NCBI GenBank assembly: GCA_902766625.1
Contig: CACXEH010000036.1
Span: 1-60,788, forward strand
Source of the DNA: an uncultured Bacteroidales bacterium
GTDB taxonomy: Bacteria; Bacteroidota; Bacteroidia; Bacteroidales; Bacteroidaceae
Direction of reading: 5' to 3'
DNA: 60,788 bases
The notes beneath the pieces are model-generated. The model saw nothing but the letters and a program-made list of their open reading frames with translations. It did no database searches and was not told the DNA's origin. Shown here piece after piece: positions 48,101 through 58,775 of this stretch (position 1 is its first letter; the number at the start of each line of letters is the position of its first letter). The translations under genes and the position numbers were made by a program.

Positions 48101-49010
48101 GAAGACTCTGTTGAAGAATCTTGATTACACCTCTATTCAATTAAGCAAATGGACAAATGCGCCTCACAAGAACGAACTTATTTCAGAGCTGATACTTAAT
48201 TATTTGAAGAAATATAATGAGTATGACGCTATACTAAAACGCAAGAACTACGCTATCACTATTGGTGACGATCTCCCGTCAGGTGTAGTACAGATGGCTA
48301 AAGTCTATATTGCGAAAAAACGTAAGATCGGCGTAGGCGATAAGATGGCTGGACGTCACGGAAACAAAGGTATTGTGTCTAAGATCGTGCGCTCAGAAGA
48401 TATGCCTTTCTTGGAGGACGGAACACCTGTTGACATCGTACTGAATCCGCTTGGTGTGCCTTCACGTATGAATTTGGGACAGATTTTTGAAGCTGTACTG
48501 GGTTACGCAGGTTATAAAATGGGAACTAAATTTGCTACTCCTATTTTTGATGGTGCCTCTTTGGACGACCTTGAGCATTGGACAGAAAAAGCAGGTCTTC
48601 CTCATTTAGGCTTAACACAACTTTATGACGGAGCTACAGGTGAGCCTTTCGACCAGAAAGCAACAGTAGGTGTTACATATATGTTGAAATTAGGCCACAT
48701 GGTTGAAGACAAGATGCACGCCCGTTCTATAGGCCCATACTCTTTGATTACGCAACAACCTCTTGGCGGTAAAGCACAGTTCGGAGGTCAACGTTTTGGA
48801 GAGATGGAGGTTTGGGCTCTTGAAGCCTTTGGTGCATCTCATGTACTTCAAGAAATGCTGACGATTAAGTCTGATGATGTTGTCGGCCGTGCTAAAGCTT
48901 ATGAATCTATCGTTAAGGGCGATCCTCTTCCTGTCCCAGGTATTCCTGAGTCATTAAACGTTCTTCTTCATGAACTGAAGGGACTGGGGTTAAGTATTAG
49001 ATTAGAATAA
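45150..49010 (+). CDS. rpoB: DNA-directed RNA polymerase subunit beta
   Basis: About 1286 aa from [11 protein letters not shown]. Conserved beta-subunit blocks are present (...[22 protein letters not shown]..., ...NMMRQAVPL..., ...[12 protein letters not shown]...). The track start at 45123 is a GTG inside the terminator T-run. Confidence 0.98.
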   Translation: MSQVINGRVNFTSVKNPLPYPDFLDVQLKSFREFLQLDTPPELRKGNGLYKVFSENFPITDTRNNFVLEFLDYYIDPPRYTIEECLVKGLTYSAYLKAKLKLYCTDPDHEDFSTQVQDVYLGQIPYMTNSGTFIINGAERVVVSQLHRSPGVFFGSSVHANGTQLYSARVIPFKGSWIEFATDINNVMYAYIDRKKKLPVTTLLRAIGFESDKDILEIFNLAEEVKVSKAALDKIIKDAAKDKSHQTKKGEVYRRKLAGRVLKSWTEDFVDEDTGEIVSIERNEVFLDRETELDEEAAKKILESGAKKILLQNEDASMKEFEVIFNTLQKDSCNSEKEAILYIYRQLRNADPADDASARETINSLFFSDRRYDLGDVGRYRINKKLGLTTDPDVRVLTKEDIIEIIKYLIKLVNSKASVDDIDHLSNRRVRTVGEQLRNQFSVGLARMARTIRERMNVRDNEVFTPTDLINAKTVSSVINSFFGANPLSQFMDQTNPLAEVTHKRRLSALGPGGLTRERAGFEVRDVHYTHYGRLCPIESPEGPNIGLISSLCVYAKISSLGFINTPYRVVKDSKVNINNDDVVYLAAEEESNKIIAQGNAPLNDDGTFIRKTVKCRQDADYPVVTPDQVELMDVAPQQIASIAAALIPFLEHDDAHRALMGSNMMRQAVPLISCEVPIVGTGIEKQLCEDSRTMIIAEADGVVEYVDASKIVIRYDRTEEEEFVSFEDAVKEYKLPKFRRTNQSMTIDLRPLCVKGQRVKKNEILTEGYATSKGELALGRNLLVAYMPWKGYNYEDAIVINERLVREDILTSVHVDEFSLAVRETKRGMEELTADIPNVSEEATKNLDESGIVRIGTRIVPGDILIGKITPKGESDPSPEEKLLRAIFGDRAGDVKDASLKATPSLSGVVIDKCLFSKAVKTRSSRAADKITLQKIQEDFDKQVEKLKNILVDKLLILTKDKTSAGVKNNLGEIAIAKGAKFTKTLLKNLDYTSIQLSKWTNAPHKNELISELILNYLKKYNEYDAILKRKNYAITIGDDLPSGVVQMAKVYIAKKRKIGVGDKMAGRHGNKGIVSKIVRSEDMPFLEDGTPVDIVLNPLGVPSRMNLGQIFEAVLGYAGYKMGTKFATPIFDGASLDDLEHWTEKAGLPHLGLTQLYDGATGEPFDQKATVGVTYMLKLGHMVEDKMHARSIGPYSLITQQPLGGKAQFGGQRFGEMEVWALEAFGASHVLQEMLTIKSDDVVGRAKAYESIVKGDPLPVPGIPESLNVLLHELKGLGLSIRLE

Positions 49011-49029
49011 CTCTTTACAATATAATAAA

Positions 49030-52000
49030 ATGGCATTTAACAAAAAAGAGAATAAGTTAAAGAGTTCGTTTACAAAGATTGCTATCGGATTAGCTTCTCC
49101 AGAAGAAATCCTTCAGGAATCAAAAGGCGAGGTATTAAAACCCGAAACCATAAACTATCGTACATACAAGCCTGAGCGCGATGGTCTTTTCTGCGAACGC
49201 ATATTTGGTCCTACCAAGGATTATGAATGTAATTGTGGAAAATACAAACGCATTCGTTACAAAGGCATCGTATGTGATCGTTGTGGTGTAGAGGTTACAG
49301 AGAAGAAAGTCCGCCGTGAACGTAGTGGACACATTACATTGGTTGTTCCAATTGTACACATATGGTATTTCCGTACCCTTCCCAATAAAATTGGTTATCT
49401 GTTAGGTCTTCCTACCAAAAAGTTAGACGCCGTCATATACTATGAGCGTTTCATCGTTCTTCAAGAAGGGTGTCTTGCCGGCAAGGAAGTACTTGAAGGT
49501 CGTGAGATTCATAAAAATGATCTCCTGACAGAAGAAGAGTATTTGGCCATCTTGGATCAGCTCCCAAAAGAAAATCAATATTTGGATGATACTGATCCTG
49601 AAAAGTTCGTTGCCAAGATGGGTGGCGAAGCAATATATGAGCTTTTGAGCAAATTGGATCTGGACGCATTGTCTTATGAATTGCGCGACAGAGCTCACAA
49701 CGACACATCGCAACAGCGTAAAACAGAAGCGTTAAAACGCCTACAAGTCGTGGAGGCTTTCCGTGCTAGCAGAAATGTCAACAAGCCCGAGTGGATGGTG
49801 CTGAAGATAATACCCGTAACTCCACCCGACCTGCGTCCGTTGGTTCCACTGGATGGTGGCCGTTTCGCTACATCTGACTTGAATGATTTATATCGCAGAG
49901 TCCTCATCCGCAATAACCGCTTGAAGAGATTGATAGACATCAAGGCACCTGAGGTTATTTTACGTAACGAAAAACGTATGCTCCAAGAAGCTGTTGACAG
50001 TTTGTTTGACAACTCTCGCAAGAGCAGTTCCGTACGTTCAGAATCCAATAGACCTTTGAAATCTCTCTCCGATGCTCTAAAAGGTAAACAGGGACGTTTC
50101 CGTCAGAACTTGTTAGGTAAGCGTGTTGACTATTCTGCCCGTTCTGTGATCGTCGTAGGTCCTGAACTGAAGATGGGTGAATGCGGTCTTCCAAAACTTA
50201 TGGCAGCAGAACTTTATAAGCCATTCGTGATTCGCCGACTGATTGAGCGCGGAATCGTAAAAACCGTCAAGAGCGCAAAGAAGATTATCGACCGCCGTGA
50301 TCCTATTATCTGGGATATACTTGAATATGTTATGCGTGGTCATCCGGTATTACTGAACCGTGCTCCGACACTTCACAGACTGGGTATACAAGCCTTCCAG
50401 CCAAAAATGATTGAAGGTAAAGCTATTCAGTTGCACCCATTGGCATGTACACCATTCAACGCCGACTTCGATGGAGACCAAATGGCTGTTCACTTGCCTC
50501 TGAGCAACGAAGCCATTGTCGAAGCTCAGATACTAATGCTTCAGAGCCACAACATTCTTAACCCTGCTAATGGCGCGCCTGTGTCTGTTCCTTCTCAGGA
50601 CATGGTTTTGGGTCTGTATTATATTACCAAATTCCGTCCTGGAGCGAAGGGCGAGGGTCTGACTTTCTATGGTCCTGAAGAAGCCATCATTGCTTACAAT
50701 GAGAAGAAAGTCGACATCCATGCCATTGTGAAAGTTATGGTGAAGGACTTAGATGAAGAAGGCAATTACATAGAGCATCTTGTTGAGACTTCCGTAGGCC
50801 GTGTCATCGTTAATGAGATTACTCCTGACGAAATGGGTTATGTCAATACCGTCATTTCTAAGAAATCCCTGCGTGACATCATTACCAAAGCCATAAAACT
50901 TGTCGGCATGGCTCGTGCATGCGACTTCCTTGACGGCATCAAGAATTTAGGATACAAGATGTCTTACGAAGGTGGTCTGTCCTTCAATCTGGACGATATC
51001 ATCATCCCGAAAGAGAAAGCTGAGATTGTGCAGAAAGGTCATGACGAGGTTGAACAAATCATGGCAAACTACAATATGGGATTCATAACAGATAATGAGC
51101 GCTACAATCAGGTTATTGACACATGGACTCATGTGAACTCAGAGCTTAAACGCCAAGTGATGAAACAGATGACGGAATCTGACCAAGGTTTCAACTCTGT
51201 ATTCATGATGCTTGACTCAGGCGCCCGTGGTTCTGGTGACCAGATTGCGCAGTTAGCTGGTATGCGTGGCTTGATGGCAAAACCACAAAAAGCCGGTGCA
51301 GAAGGCCAGACAATTATTGAAAATCCTATTCTTTCCAACTTCAAGGAAGGTATGTCTGTACTTGAGTATTTTATTTCTACTCACGGTGCCCGTAAGGGTC
51401 TTGCCGATACCGCTTTGAAGACAGCCGATGCCGGTTATCTGACACGTCGTCTTGTTGATGTCGCTCACGACGTCATTATAAACGAAGAAGACTGTGGTAC
51501 ACTGCGCGGTTTGGAGTGTCGTGCATTGAAGGATGGTGACGAGGTCATCTCCTCTTTGGGCGAGCGTATTCTTGGACGCGTATCCGTACACGACGTTATT
51601 GATCCACTGACAGGTAACCTGCTTGTTGCCGCTGGTGAGGAGATAACCGAGCCTATCGCTAATGCCATTGAGGCCTCTCCGATAGAGAGCGTTGAGATCC
51701 GTTCAGTCCTGACTTGTGAAAGCAAACATGGCGTCTGTGTCAAATGTTATGGCCGCAACCTCGCAACCCATAAGATGGTACAAAAAGGTGAAGCTGTCGG
51801 TGTCATCGCCGCTCAATCAATCGGTGAACCTGGTACACAGTTGACATTGCGTACCTTCCACGCCGGCGGTGTGGCTGGTAATGCTGCAGCAAATGCCACT
51901 ATCGTGGCTCACCATAAGACCAGACTGAAGTTTGAAGAACTGCGTGCTATCGAGGCTATGGAAGAAGACGGCACACCTATTCAAGTTGTAACCGGTCACT

Positions 52001-53424
52001 TGGTTACCGTAAGCCAGATAGACATCAATACCAATATTACATTATCTGTACAGGATGTACCTTACGGCTCCAAACTGTATGTGCATGACGGCGATATCGT
52101 TGAAGCCGGCACAGTCATTGCAAAATGGGATCCGTTCAACAACGTCATTGTAACAGCTCACGCAGGTAGAACCCACTTCAAGAACGTCATCGAAGGCGTT
52201 ACATACAAACTTGAAGAAGACGAAGCTACAGGTATGCGCGAACTTATTGTTATTGAAGCAAAAGACCACAAGATTTCTCCGGATTGCGAAATCTTGGACG
52301 AGAAAGGCAATGTCATTCAGACTTACACATTCCCTATTGGCGGTCACATTGCTGTTAATGATAATACCGACATCAAAGCTGGTGATGTCATCGTCAAGAT
52401 ACCACGTAGCGTTGGTGGCATGGGTGATATCACTGGTGGTCTGCCACGCGTAACCGAACTCTTTGAGGCACGCAATCCGTCTAATCCTGCCATTGTCTCC
52501 GAAATTGATGGTAGAATTACCCTGGGCGGCATTAAGCGAGGCAACCGCGAAGTTATCGTTCAGTCTGTTGTCAAGCCCTCTAACCCAGAGCAAGCTGTCA
52601 AAGAGGGCAAAGTCCTCACAGACGAAGGCTACATCATTGTTGACGAAAAGCGTTATCTCATCCCGACGGGCCGTCAGGTTCTTGTGCAAAACGAAGATTT
52701 CGTCCGTGCAGGAACTCCGCTGTCCGATGGTGAGATTACTCCTGCAGATATTCTTGCTATCATGGGTCCGACCGCTGTACAAGAGTATATCGTAAACGAG
52801 GTACAAAACGTATATCGCCTGCAAGGTGTGAAGATTAACGACAAACATTTTGAAGTTATCGTCCGCCAGATGATGCGTAAGGTACGCATCGTTGACCCAG
52901 GTGACACCAACTTCCTCCCTGAAGATATGATTGACAAGGTTGACTTCCTTGCCGAGAATGACCGCATCTGGGGTAGAAAAGTTGTCGTTGACGCTGGTGA
53001 AAGTGAGGTTATGAAAGTAGGTATGATTGTCACTGCCCGTAAATTGCGTGACGAGAACTCTTACCTGAAACGCCATGACTTGAAGCCTGTCGTTGTCCGT
53101 GATGCATTGCCTGCAACATCTGTCCAGGTACTTCAGGGTATCACCCGCGCTGCATTGCAGACATCCAGCTTCATGTCAGCCGCTTCATTCCAGGAGACCA
53201 CCAAGGTACTTAACGATGCAGCTATCCGCGGTCGTGTTGACTACCTTGAAGGTATGAAAGAAAATGTGATTACCGGTCACCTGATACCTGCAGGTACAGG
53301 CTTCCCTGAATTCCGCAATGTCATTGTCGGAAGCAAGGAAGAATATGAGCGTCAGTTGGAAGCAGACAATCTTGAAACTGAATTCAACGCAGAGGCTCAA
53401 CCAGAGGAACCTGCAGAATTGTAA
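49030..53424 (+). CDS. rpoC: DNA-directed RNA polymerase subunit beta'
   Basis: 1464 aa. Zinc-binding [20 protein letters not shown], the catalytic [12 protein letters not shown], and trigger-loop and bridge-helix blocks. Confidence 0.98.
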   Translation: MAFNKKENKLKSSFTKIAIGLASPEEILQESKGEVLKPETINYRTYKPERDGLFCERIFGPTKDYECNCGKYKRIRYKGIVCDRCGVEVTEKKVRRERSGHITLVVPIVHIWYFRTLPNKIGYLLGLPTKKLDAVIYYERFIVLQEGCLAGKEVLEGREIHKNDLLTEEEYLAILDQLPKENQYLDDTDPEKFVAKMGGEAIYELLSKLDLDALSYELRDRAHNDTSQQRKTEALKRLQVVEAFRASRNVNKPEWMVLKIIPVTPPDLRPLVPLDGGRFATSDLNDLYRRVLIRNNRLKRLIDIKAPEVILRNEKRMLQEAVDSLFDNSRKSSSVRSESNRPLKSLSDALKGKQGRFRQNLLGKRVDYSARSVIVVGPELKMGECGLPKLMAAELYKPFVIRRLIERGIVKTVKSAKKIIDRRDPIIWDILEYVMRGHPVLLNRAPTLHRLGIQAFQPKMIEGKAIQLHPLACTPFNADFDGDQMAVHLPLSNEAIVEAQILMLQSHNILNPANGAPVSVPSQDMVLGLYYITKFRPGAKGEGLTFYGPEEAIIAYNEKKVDIHAIVKVMVKDLDEEGNYIEHLVETSVGRVIVNEITPDEMGYVNTVISKKSLRDIITKAIKLVGMARACDFLDGIKNLGYKMSYEGGLSFNLDDIIIPKEKAEIVQKGHDEVEQIMANYNMGFITDNERYNQVIDTWTHVNSELKRQVMKQMTESDQGFNSVFMMLDSGARGSGDQIAQLAGMRGLMAKPQKAGAEGQTIIENPILSNFKEGMSVLEYFISTHGARKGLADTALKTADAGYLTRRLVDVAHDVIINEEDCGTLRGLECRALKDGDEVISSLGERILGRVSVHDVIDPLTGNLLVAAGEEITEPIANAIEASPIESVEIRSVLTCESKHGVCVKCYGRNLATHKMVQKGEAVGVIAAQSIGEPGTQLTLRTFHAGGVAGNAAANATIVAHHKTRLKFEELRAIEAMEEDGTPIQVVTGHLVTVSQIDINTNITLSVQDVPYGSKLYVHDGDIVEAGTVIAKWDPFNNVIVTAHAGRTHFKNVIEGVTYKLEEDEATGMRELIVIEAKDHKISPDCEILDEKGNVIQTYTFPIGGHIAVNDNTDIKAGDVIVKIPRSVGGMGDITGGLPRVTELFEARNPSNPAIVSEIDGRITLGGIKRGNREVIVQSVVKPSNPEQAVKEGKVLTDEGYIIVDEKRYLIPTGRQVLVQNEDFVRAGTPLSDGEITPADILAIMGPTAVQEYIVNEVQNVYRLQGVKINDKHFEVIVRQMMRKVRIVDPGDTNFLPEDMIDKVDFLAENDRIWGRKVVVDAGESEVMKVGMIVTARKLRDENSYLKRHDLKPVVVRDALPATSVQVLQGITRAALQTSSFMSAASFQETTKVLNDAAIRGRVDYLEGMKENVITGHLIPAGTGFPEFRNVIVGSKEEYERQLEADNLETEFNAEAQPEEPAEL

Positions 53425-53445
53425 AAACTTAAGGTTTTATAATAC

Positions 53446-53485
53446 AAGAAAGAAGGTTGCGTGAAAATTCGCAACCTTCTTTCTT
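53446..53485. terminator. Strong bidirectional terminator hairpin between the convergent rpoC and GH30 genes
   Basis: A perfect 16-bp stem (aagaaagaaggttgcg / cgcaaccttctttctt) with an 8-nt loop, followed by a T-rich tail on the plus strand. Confidence 0.8.
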
Positions 53486-53501
53486 TATAATTTGTTTTTT
53501 T

Positions 53502-54926
53502 CTATTTTGAAATTACTATCGTCTGAAGCGATTTTGGAGGCAGAGCCATCTTCACCGACTGTTTGTCAATTTGCAGGGACAAGTCCTTCTTGTCTGTTGC
53601 GGTATTCAGCATGACAATGATGATATTGCCGTCAGGATTCATGAAGGAACAAGCTCTGACATGTTCACTATAGCTACTCGTGCCGAGACGCACAGCACCC
53701 GGCTGAATAAACTTGCTGAAATGAGCCTGGGCATAATATAGCGGCTGAACCAGATAGCGGTTGTTTGCTTTGTCTACGATAACAGTCGCTTTGCCGCCCA
53801 GACGACCTTCACGATGATGCATAGGCCCTCCTTTGAGATCAAGTACCATGCTCCAGTCTATTGTGCCACTTACGTGATTATTGAAATCGCCAATCATTTC
53901 ATAGACTTTAAACTGTAAATCCTCCCAGTCACTCCATGGAATGTTTTTACTGCCTATCGCAGGACCCGTACTGAACTCCGCGTTGATGATTTCCTTTTCA
54001 GGAAAACGCTCATGTGTCATTTGAAGTTCTTCAAAATGTCGCCCGCTGTACCAGTGCACAGATATTCCGTCTATCCGCTTCCGTGCTTTTTTGGTATCAA
54101 GCATACGCTCCATTCTGCTGAGCAAAGCATCTTTGTCATGGTCGTATATCATCATCTTAACATTCTTGAAGCCAGCCTTTTCAATCGCAGGTTTAAGATA
54201 ATCGACGGCATAATCTTTCTCCTGCTCAGGCGTATATCGGCACGATTCATATGGAGCGCTGTAGTTCGGCTCGTTCTGGGGTGTAATATAAGTGATGTTC
54301 ACCCCTTCACGCTTGTATGCCTGCAGATATTTAATGACATAGTTTGCCATTACGGGATAATACTCCCGCTTTAGTTCTCCGCCTCTCAATAAGCTATTAT
54401 TCGTCTTCATCCATGCCGGAGGACTCCACGGTGAAGCGAGGATATTGATATCCTTGTTGTATGCCAACGCACGTTTCAGCACAGGCAGGATATATATGCG
54501 GTCAGAGTCAATACTAAAAGTGGAAAGTGTCTCATCCTTATCCCATACGTATGACACATCTCGTATTGAGAAGTCACACGACCCGATACTGACGCGCACT
54601 AAGTCAAAGCCTGCTCCTGATTGCTTGTCAAAAAGCAATTTTATCAACTCTTCCCGTTTATCTTGTGAAAGTTGCATAATGTTATAACAGGCAGCTTCCG
54701 TCAGTGCCGCTCCAACACCACGGTATGTCTGATAACGCATATCCGTGTGAATATTTACAAGTGTCTTTTTACTCTTTGCCTGAGTGTCCGCCATGTCCAA
54801 GCTTGTAATCTTTTGCATCTGGCGGGTTGTGTCCTTCTTACTTTGATAAATTGTAGCAGTTTTATACTGCGCTGAAAGATGCAGACAGACAAGAAACAGT
54901 GCTAAACTGGAAATTAATTGCCTCAT
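53502..54926 (-). CDS. Glycoside hydrolase family 30 (glucosylceramidase/O-glycosyl hydrolase-like), secreted
   Basis: 474 aa with a signal peptide. Contains GVGAALTEAA, ...ASPWSPPAWMKTN... and ITPQNEP, the GH30 acid/base region. Confidence 0.8.
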   Translation of the reverse strand: MRQLISSLALFLVCLHLSAQYKTATIYQSKKDTTRQMQKITSLDMADTQAKSKKTLVNIHTDMRYQTYRGVGAALTEAACYNIMQLSQDKREELIKLLFDKQSGAGFDLVRVSIGSCDFSIRDVSYVWDKDETLSTFSIDSDRIYILPVLKRALAYNKDINILASPWSPPAWMKTNNSLLRGGELKREYYPVMANYVIKYLQAYKREGVNITYITPQNEPNYSAPYESCRYTPEQEKDYAVDYLKPAIEKAGFKNVKMMIYDHDKDALLSRMERMLDTKKARKRIDGISVHWYSGRHFEELQMTHERFPEKEIINAEFSTGPAIGSKNIPWSDWEDLQFKVYEMIGDFNNHVSGTIDWSMVLDLKGGPMHHREGRLGGKATVIVDKANNRYLVQPLYYAQAHFSKFIQPGAVRLGTSSYSEHVRACSFMNPDGNIIIVMLNTATDKKDLSLQIDKQSVKMALPPKSLQTIVISK

Positions 54927-54948
54927 ATACTATAAATTTTATCAACTA

Positions 54949-54956
54949 CAAAGATA
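54949..54956 (-). promoter_or_regulatory. Candidate -7 box (TATCTTTG) for the GH30 gene
   Basis: The reverse complement of caaagata matches TAnnTTTG. It lies about 23 nt upstream of the ATG at 54926. Confidence 0.45.
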
Positions 54957-54991
54957 CATTTTTTTGTTATAATCAGAAGAAACAAATTTCC

Positions 54992-55043
54992 ATCGTGATA
55001 TGAGTATTTTTTTATCGCGATGAAAATAAATTTTTATCGCGAT
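54992..55043. repeat. Three 8-bp palindromes ATCG(T/C)GAT at an exact 22-bp spacing (candidate operator array or hairpin)
   Basis: atcgtgat is at 54992-54999, atcgcgat at 55014-55021 and atcgcgat at 55036-55043. The last two sit in a direct repeat TTTTTATCGCGAT(G/A)AAA. Together they can also form a 12-bp stem (ttttatcgcgat / atcgcgataaaa). Confidence 0.7.
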
Positions 55044-55105
55044 AAAATTTTTTCACTATCGAGGCTGATTTTTTCTACTATCCTTTAGGCTTTTCGCATA
55101 GTTCT

Positions 55106-56692
55106 CTACATCTCTCGGATGTGTGCTTTAACCCGCGCAACGGCGGTGGCGTTCACACTCAGAGCATCAGCGCCATTTTGCAACAATTGCTGCGTCAGCA
55201 TGACATCAGATGCCGCCTCACCGCAGATGGAGATAGTGATGCCACGCACATGCGCTTCCTCCGTCACCAATTTTATGGCACGCATGACCGCCGGATGCGA
55301 GACGTTGTAATAGTTTCTGACCAGACCGTCATTTCTGTCTGCAGCCATGACATACTGCGTCAGGTCATTGGTCCCGATACTGAAAAACGCCACTTTCTCC
55401 GCAAGGATGGCCGCCGCCAGCACAGCTGCAGGGGTTTCTATCATGATGCCGATTTTGACATCCGGATTAAAACCGGTGCCCGTCTCTGTCAATTCTTGCC
55501 TGCACACCGCCATGAGGGCCAAAGTATCATCTATCTCGCCCGCATCACTCACAAAGGGCAACATTATACGGATGTCACCCGATACACTCGCTCTGAGAAT
55601 GGCTTTGAGTTGCGTCTTGAAGATGTCTTTATGTGCCAGCAAGAAACGTATGCCACGCATCCCAAGGAAAGGATTATCCTCTTTTTCAAGATGTATATAT
55701 GACGGACATTTGTCACCTCCGATGTCAAGCAACCTGATCGTCAGCGGCTTGTCACCACATAATTTAGCGGCTTCAAGATAAGCCTGATACTGTGTATCTT
55801 CATCAGGAAGAGAGGTCTTATCCATAAAGAGAAACTCGCTCCTGAAAAGCCCTATCCCATCTGCCCCGGCGGCAAGCGCAGCCTTGACATCATCAATGTC
55901 TCCTGCATTACCCATGACCGGAACAGCCTTGCCCGACATGGTGACAGCCTTTTCGTATGCATGCGCCTCTGCCACAGCCGAACTTTCGTTATGCGCTGTC
56001 AGCTCACTTTCAAACTGACGCCGGGTCTCCTCGTCGGGATTCACATAGACATATCCTCTGCCGGCATCGAGGAGAATATAGTCGCCGGTATTTATACTGT
56101 GCATACAGTCATTCACGCCCACTACAGAGGGAACGCCCTTATTGTTGGCTATAATACACACATGGCTCGTCCTGTTGCCCTTGGCGGTAACAATCCCGGA
56201 GAGTGCGCTGAAATCCAGATAAGATGTGTCTGAAGGCAGCAGCTCGTCTGCAACCAGAATACTTCCAGGCATCAGGTCCTCGTACTGATGCTGACTTAGG
56301 GAAAGCACATTGTTCCTGAGTTGTATGCAAATATCCTTGACATCGTCTGCCCGCGCCCGCAGATACTCATCGTCCATTTCCCTGAAGACGACTTGCAATG
56401 CCTCAGAGGTCGCATCAATAGCATCGGGGGCACTTAAGGCATCATCTTGAATATAGCCCTCTATTGTCTGTAACAACATAGGGTCATCTACCATCTCCGC
56501 ATGGGCGGCAAAGATATCTGAAGTCGCCGACAGGGTCTGAAGGTGGTTACGGGTTTTGTCCATCGCCCGTGCGACAGCCTGCAATTCTTCCTCCGGTGTA
56601 CCTTTACTGTATGTTGTGTCAGCTGATATATTACGGACCACATAAGCGTAACCCGTCGCCATACCGCTTGTCCCTATTCCCCGCAAAAGCAT
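55106..56692 (-). CDS. ptsI: Phosphoenolpyruvate--protein phosphotransferase (PTS Enzyme I)
   Basis: 528 aa. Phospho-His region GNRTSHVCIIANNKGVPSVVG. PEP-utiliser TIM-barrel motifs LLDIGGDK, NPFLGMRGIR and FFSIGTNDLTQY. Catalytic Cys in ISICGEAA. Confidence 0.9.
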   Translation of the reverse strand: MLLRGIGTSGMATGYAYVVRNISADTTYSKGTPEEELQAVARAMDKTRNHLQTLSATSDIFAAHAEMVDDPMLLQTIEGYIQDDALSAPDAIDATSEALQVVFREMDDEYLRARADDVKDICIQLRNNVLSLSQHQYEDLMPGSILVADELLPSDTSYLDFSALSGIVTAKGNRTSHVCIIANNKGVPSVVGVNDCMHSINTGDYILLDAGRGYVYVNPDEETRRQFESELTAHNESSAVAEAHAYEKAVTMSGKAVPVMGNAGDIDDVKAALAAGADGIGLFRSEFLFMDKTSLPDEDTQYQAYLEAAKLCGDKPLTIRLLDIGGDKCPSYIHLEKEDNPFLGMRGIRFLLAHKDIFKTQLKAILRASVSGDIRIMLPFVSDAGEIDDTLALMAVCRQELTETGTGFNPDVKIGIMIETPAAVLAAAILAEKVAFFSIGTNDLTQYVMAADRNDGLVRNYYNVSHPAVMRAIKLVTEEAHVRGITISICGEAASDVMLTQQLLQNGADALSVNATAVARVKAHIREM

Positions 56693-56694
56693 GA

Positions 56695-56955
56695 TTACTC
56701 TTTGACAGACATGATAAATCCGGCAACGGCATTGACTGCATCCTCTTCACCGTTGCCCTCGGCTGAGATTGTAATCTCTGTGCCTTTTTTCAATCCCAAC
56801 GACAGTATGCCGAGCATACTGTCAGCCCTGGCTTGACGACACGGAGTAGCAATATAGACAACTGCACCGAGCGATTTCGCCAATTTCACTAACTCACTGA
56901 CAGGACGTGCATGCAGTCCGTTGGCAGCCTCTATTGTAAGCGTCTTACTTGTCAT
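56695..56955 (-). CDS. ptsH: HPr family phosphocarrier protein
   Basis: 86 aa. Active-site His in ANGLHARP, and a Ser46-like region ADSMLGILSLG. Confidence 0.9.
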   Translation of the reverse strand: MTSKTLTIEAANGLHARPVSELVKLAKSLGAVVYIATPCRQARADSMLGILSLGLKKGTEITISAEGNGEEDAVNAVAGFIMSVKE

Positions 56956-56969
56956 AGGTAAATATATCG

Positions 56970-58766
56970 TTATTTAAGAGCGTTATAAATGTCGTCAGTA
57001 TTTGTCGTAACAAACAATTTCCGCAACAGTTCCTCATCTTCCAGTGATGCGCCAAGTTTTGCCAATATGTCCAGATGCGCGTCTCCCACGCCTGCTATAC
57101 CGATGACGAGGTGAGCCCGTTCCTCGCCAAACGAAACGCCCTCGGGGTATTGCAGTACCACAATTCCCGAATGGAGGACCTTGCTCTTGGCTTCTGCCGT
57201 CCCGTGCGGAATGGCAATGCCCATTCCCATATAGGTCGTGGTCAAATTTTCTCTCTCTGCCATAGACTCGCCATAGCCAGCCGAAACATAACCGGCACGC
57301 TCAAGCATATCACCGGCCCTGCGTATAGCCGTTTCCTTGTTCTCCGGAGCCAGACCAAGCAGTATGTTGTCCTTCGTTAGCATAGGGATGGTTTCAGCCA
57401 CTATTTCATCCGCCTCTCCGACCGGCTCTTTCTCCTGTTCCCTGATACGTTTCAGCAGGTTGTCTAATGCGGGGTCAGACAAGAAGTTGTCTATGACTAT
57501 CAATTCCTTGTCAGGCATAAGCGAAGCGGCACGCTCCGCCAGAACTTTCTGACAAACTACCACAGAGGCATCATGGGGCACCCTGTCTATGGCACTGTTG
57601 GTACATATGATTTTGCCAAGGCTCTCCTTTATCAGCCTGCTTTTGAAACGGGTTGCACCCAGCGCACTGGAACCCATACCGGCATCACACGCAAATACAA
57701 TCTTTTGTATCTTCCCCCTGACTATCTCCTGTTCCGTCAAATCAGTCTTTGTAGTCAGTTTGGCAAACCTGACGACAAACGAAGCAATGGCAAAAGAGAT
57801 AATAAAAGATATCAGCACACCCGCAATGGTAACCAACGTGTATCCCTTAGGTGCCATTGTAATAAAGACTATAAAACTGCCCGGAGAAGCCGGAGCGACA
57901 AGGCCTGCACCCGTCAGAGAATAAAACAGCAATGCCGACGCACTTCCGCAGATTGTAGCGATGAGCAACAACGGCTGAGCCAGCACATACGGGAAAAATA
58001 TCTCATGGATACCTCCGAAGAAGTGAATAACGGCAGCACCGGGCGCAGACTGCTTCGCCGCCCCCTGTCCAAACAACCATACCGCCATCAGGATACCCAG
58101 ACCTGCACCCGGATTGGACTCTATCATGAAGACAACAGAGCGGCCAAATTCATTGACCTCCTGCACGCCTATAGGCGTACATATACCATGATTGACAGCA
58201 TTGTTGAGAAACAACACCTTGGCAGGCTCCACAATGACAGACACCAAAGGCAGCAACCTGTGCGAAATGAGCACGGATACGCCGTCCTTCAGCCATCCGG
58301 TAACCCATTCGATGACATCGCCCACAACGAGATAGCCGATGACTGCAAGAATCATACCGATAATGCCGATAGAGAAATTATTGACCAGCATTTCAAAACC
58401 TGCTGATGTCTTTTCACCCAATTTCTTATCAAAGCTCTTGATACACCATGCACTGAATGGCCCCAGCATCATGGCTCCGATAAACATCGGTATGTCACTG
58501 CCGGCAACAACACCCGCTGTGGCAATCGCTCCAATCAGACCGCCACGGTGGCCATAAACGTTATAGCCCGCCGTGAAAGCTATCATCAGTGGAAGAAGAT
58601 AGGTCATCATCGGTCCGCCTATCTTCGCCAATGTCTCATCAGGACACCATCCGGTAGGTATAAACAGGGCCGTAAGCAGTCCCCATGTGATGAATGCACC
58701 GATGTTTGGCATTACCATTGCACTCAACGTCCTGCCAAACTTCTGCACAGATTGTCTGAGAGTCAT
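56970..58766 (-). CDS. mtlA: PTS mannitol-family transporter, fused EIICBA
   Basis: 598 aa. The N-terminus FGRTLSAMVMPNIGAFITWGLLTALFIPTGW is nearly identical to E. coli MtlA as I recall it. EIIB Cys in IVFACDAGMGSSALG. EIIA His in IAIPHGTAEAK. Confidence 0.9.
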   Translation of the reverse strand: MTLRQSVQKFGRTLSAMVMPNIGAFITWGLLTALFIPTGWCPDETLAKIGGPMMTYLLPLMIAFTAGYNVYGHRGGLIGAIATAGVVAGSDIPMFIGAMMLGPFSAWCIKSFDKKLGEKTSAGFEMLVNNFSIGIIGMILAVIGYLVVGDVIEWVTGWLKDGVSVLISHRLLPLVSVIVEPAKVLFLNNAVNHGICTPIGVQEVNEFGRSVVFMIESNPGAGLGILMAVWLFGQGAAKQSAPGAAVIHFFGGIHEIFFPYVLAQPLLLIATICGSASALLFYSLTGAGLVAPASPGSFIVFITMAPKGYTLVTIAGVLISFIISFAIASFVVRFAKLTTKTDLTEQEIVRGKIQKIVFACDAGMGSSALGATRFKSRLIKESLGKIICTNSAIDRVPHDASVVVCQKVLAERAASLMPDKELIVIDNFLSDPALDNLLKRIREQEKEPVGEADEIVAETIPMLTKDNILLGLAPENKETAIRRAGDMLERAGYVSAGYGESMAERENLTTTYMGMGIAIPHGTAEAKSKVLHSGIVVLQYPEGVSFGEERAHLVIGIAGVGDAHLDILAKLGASLEDEELLRKLFVTTNTDDIYNALK

Positions 58767-58775
58767 GACTCCGTG

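Noticed and set aside
52042-53076. A 344-aa minus-strand ORF lies inside rpoC. There are also many shorter antisense ORFs in rpoB and rpoC.
   Set aside because: rpoC is unambiguous on the plus strand. Long antisense frames are a common by-product of codon bias in highly conserved genes, and this one has no recognisable motifs.
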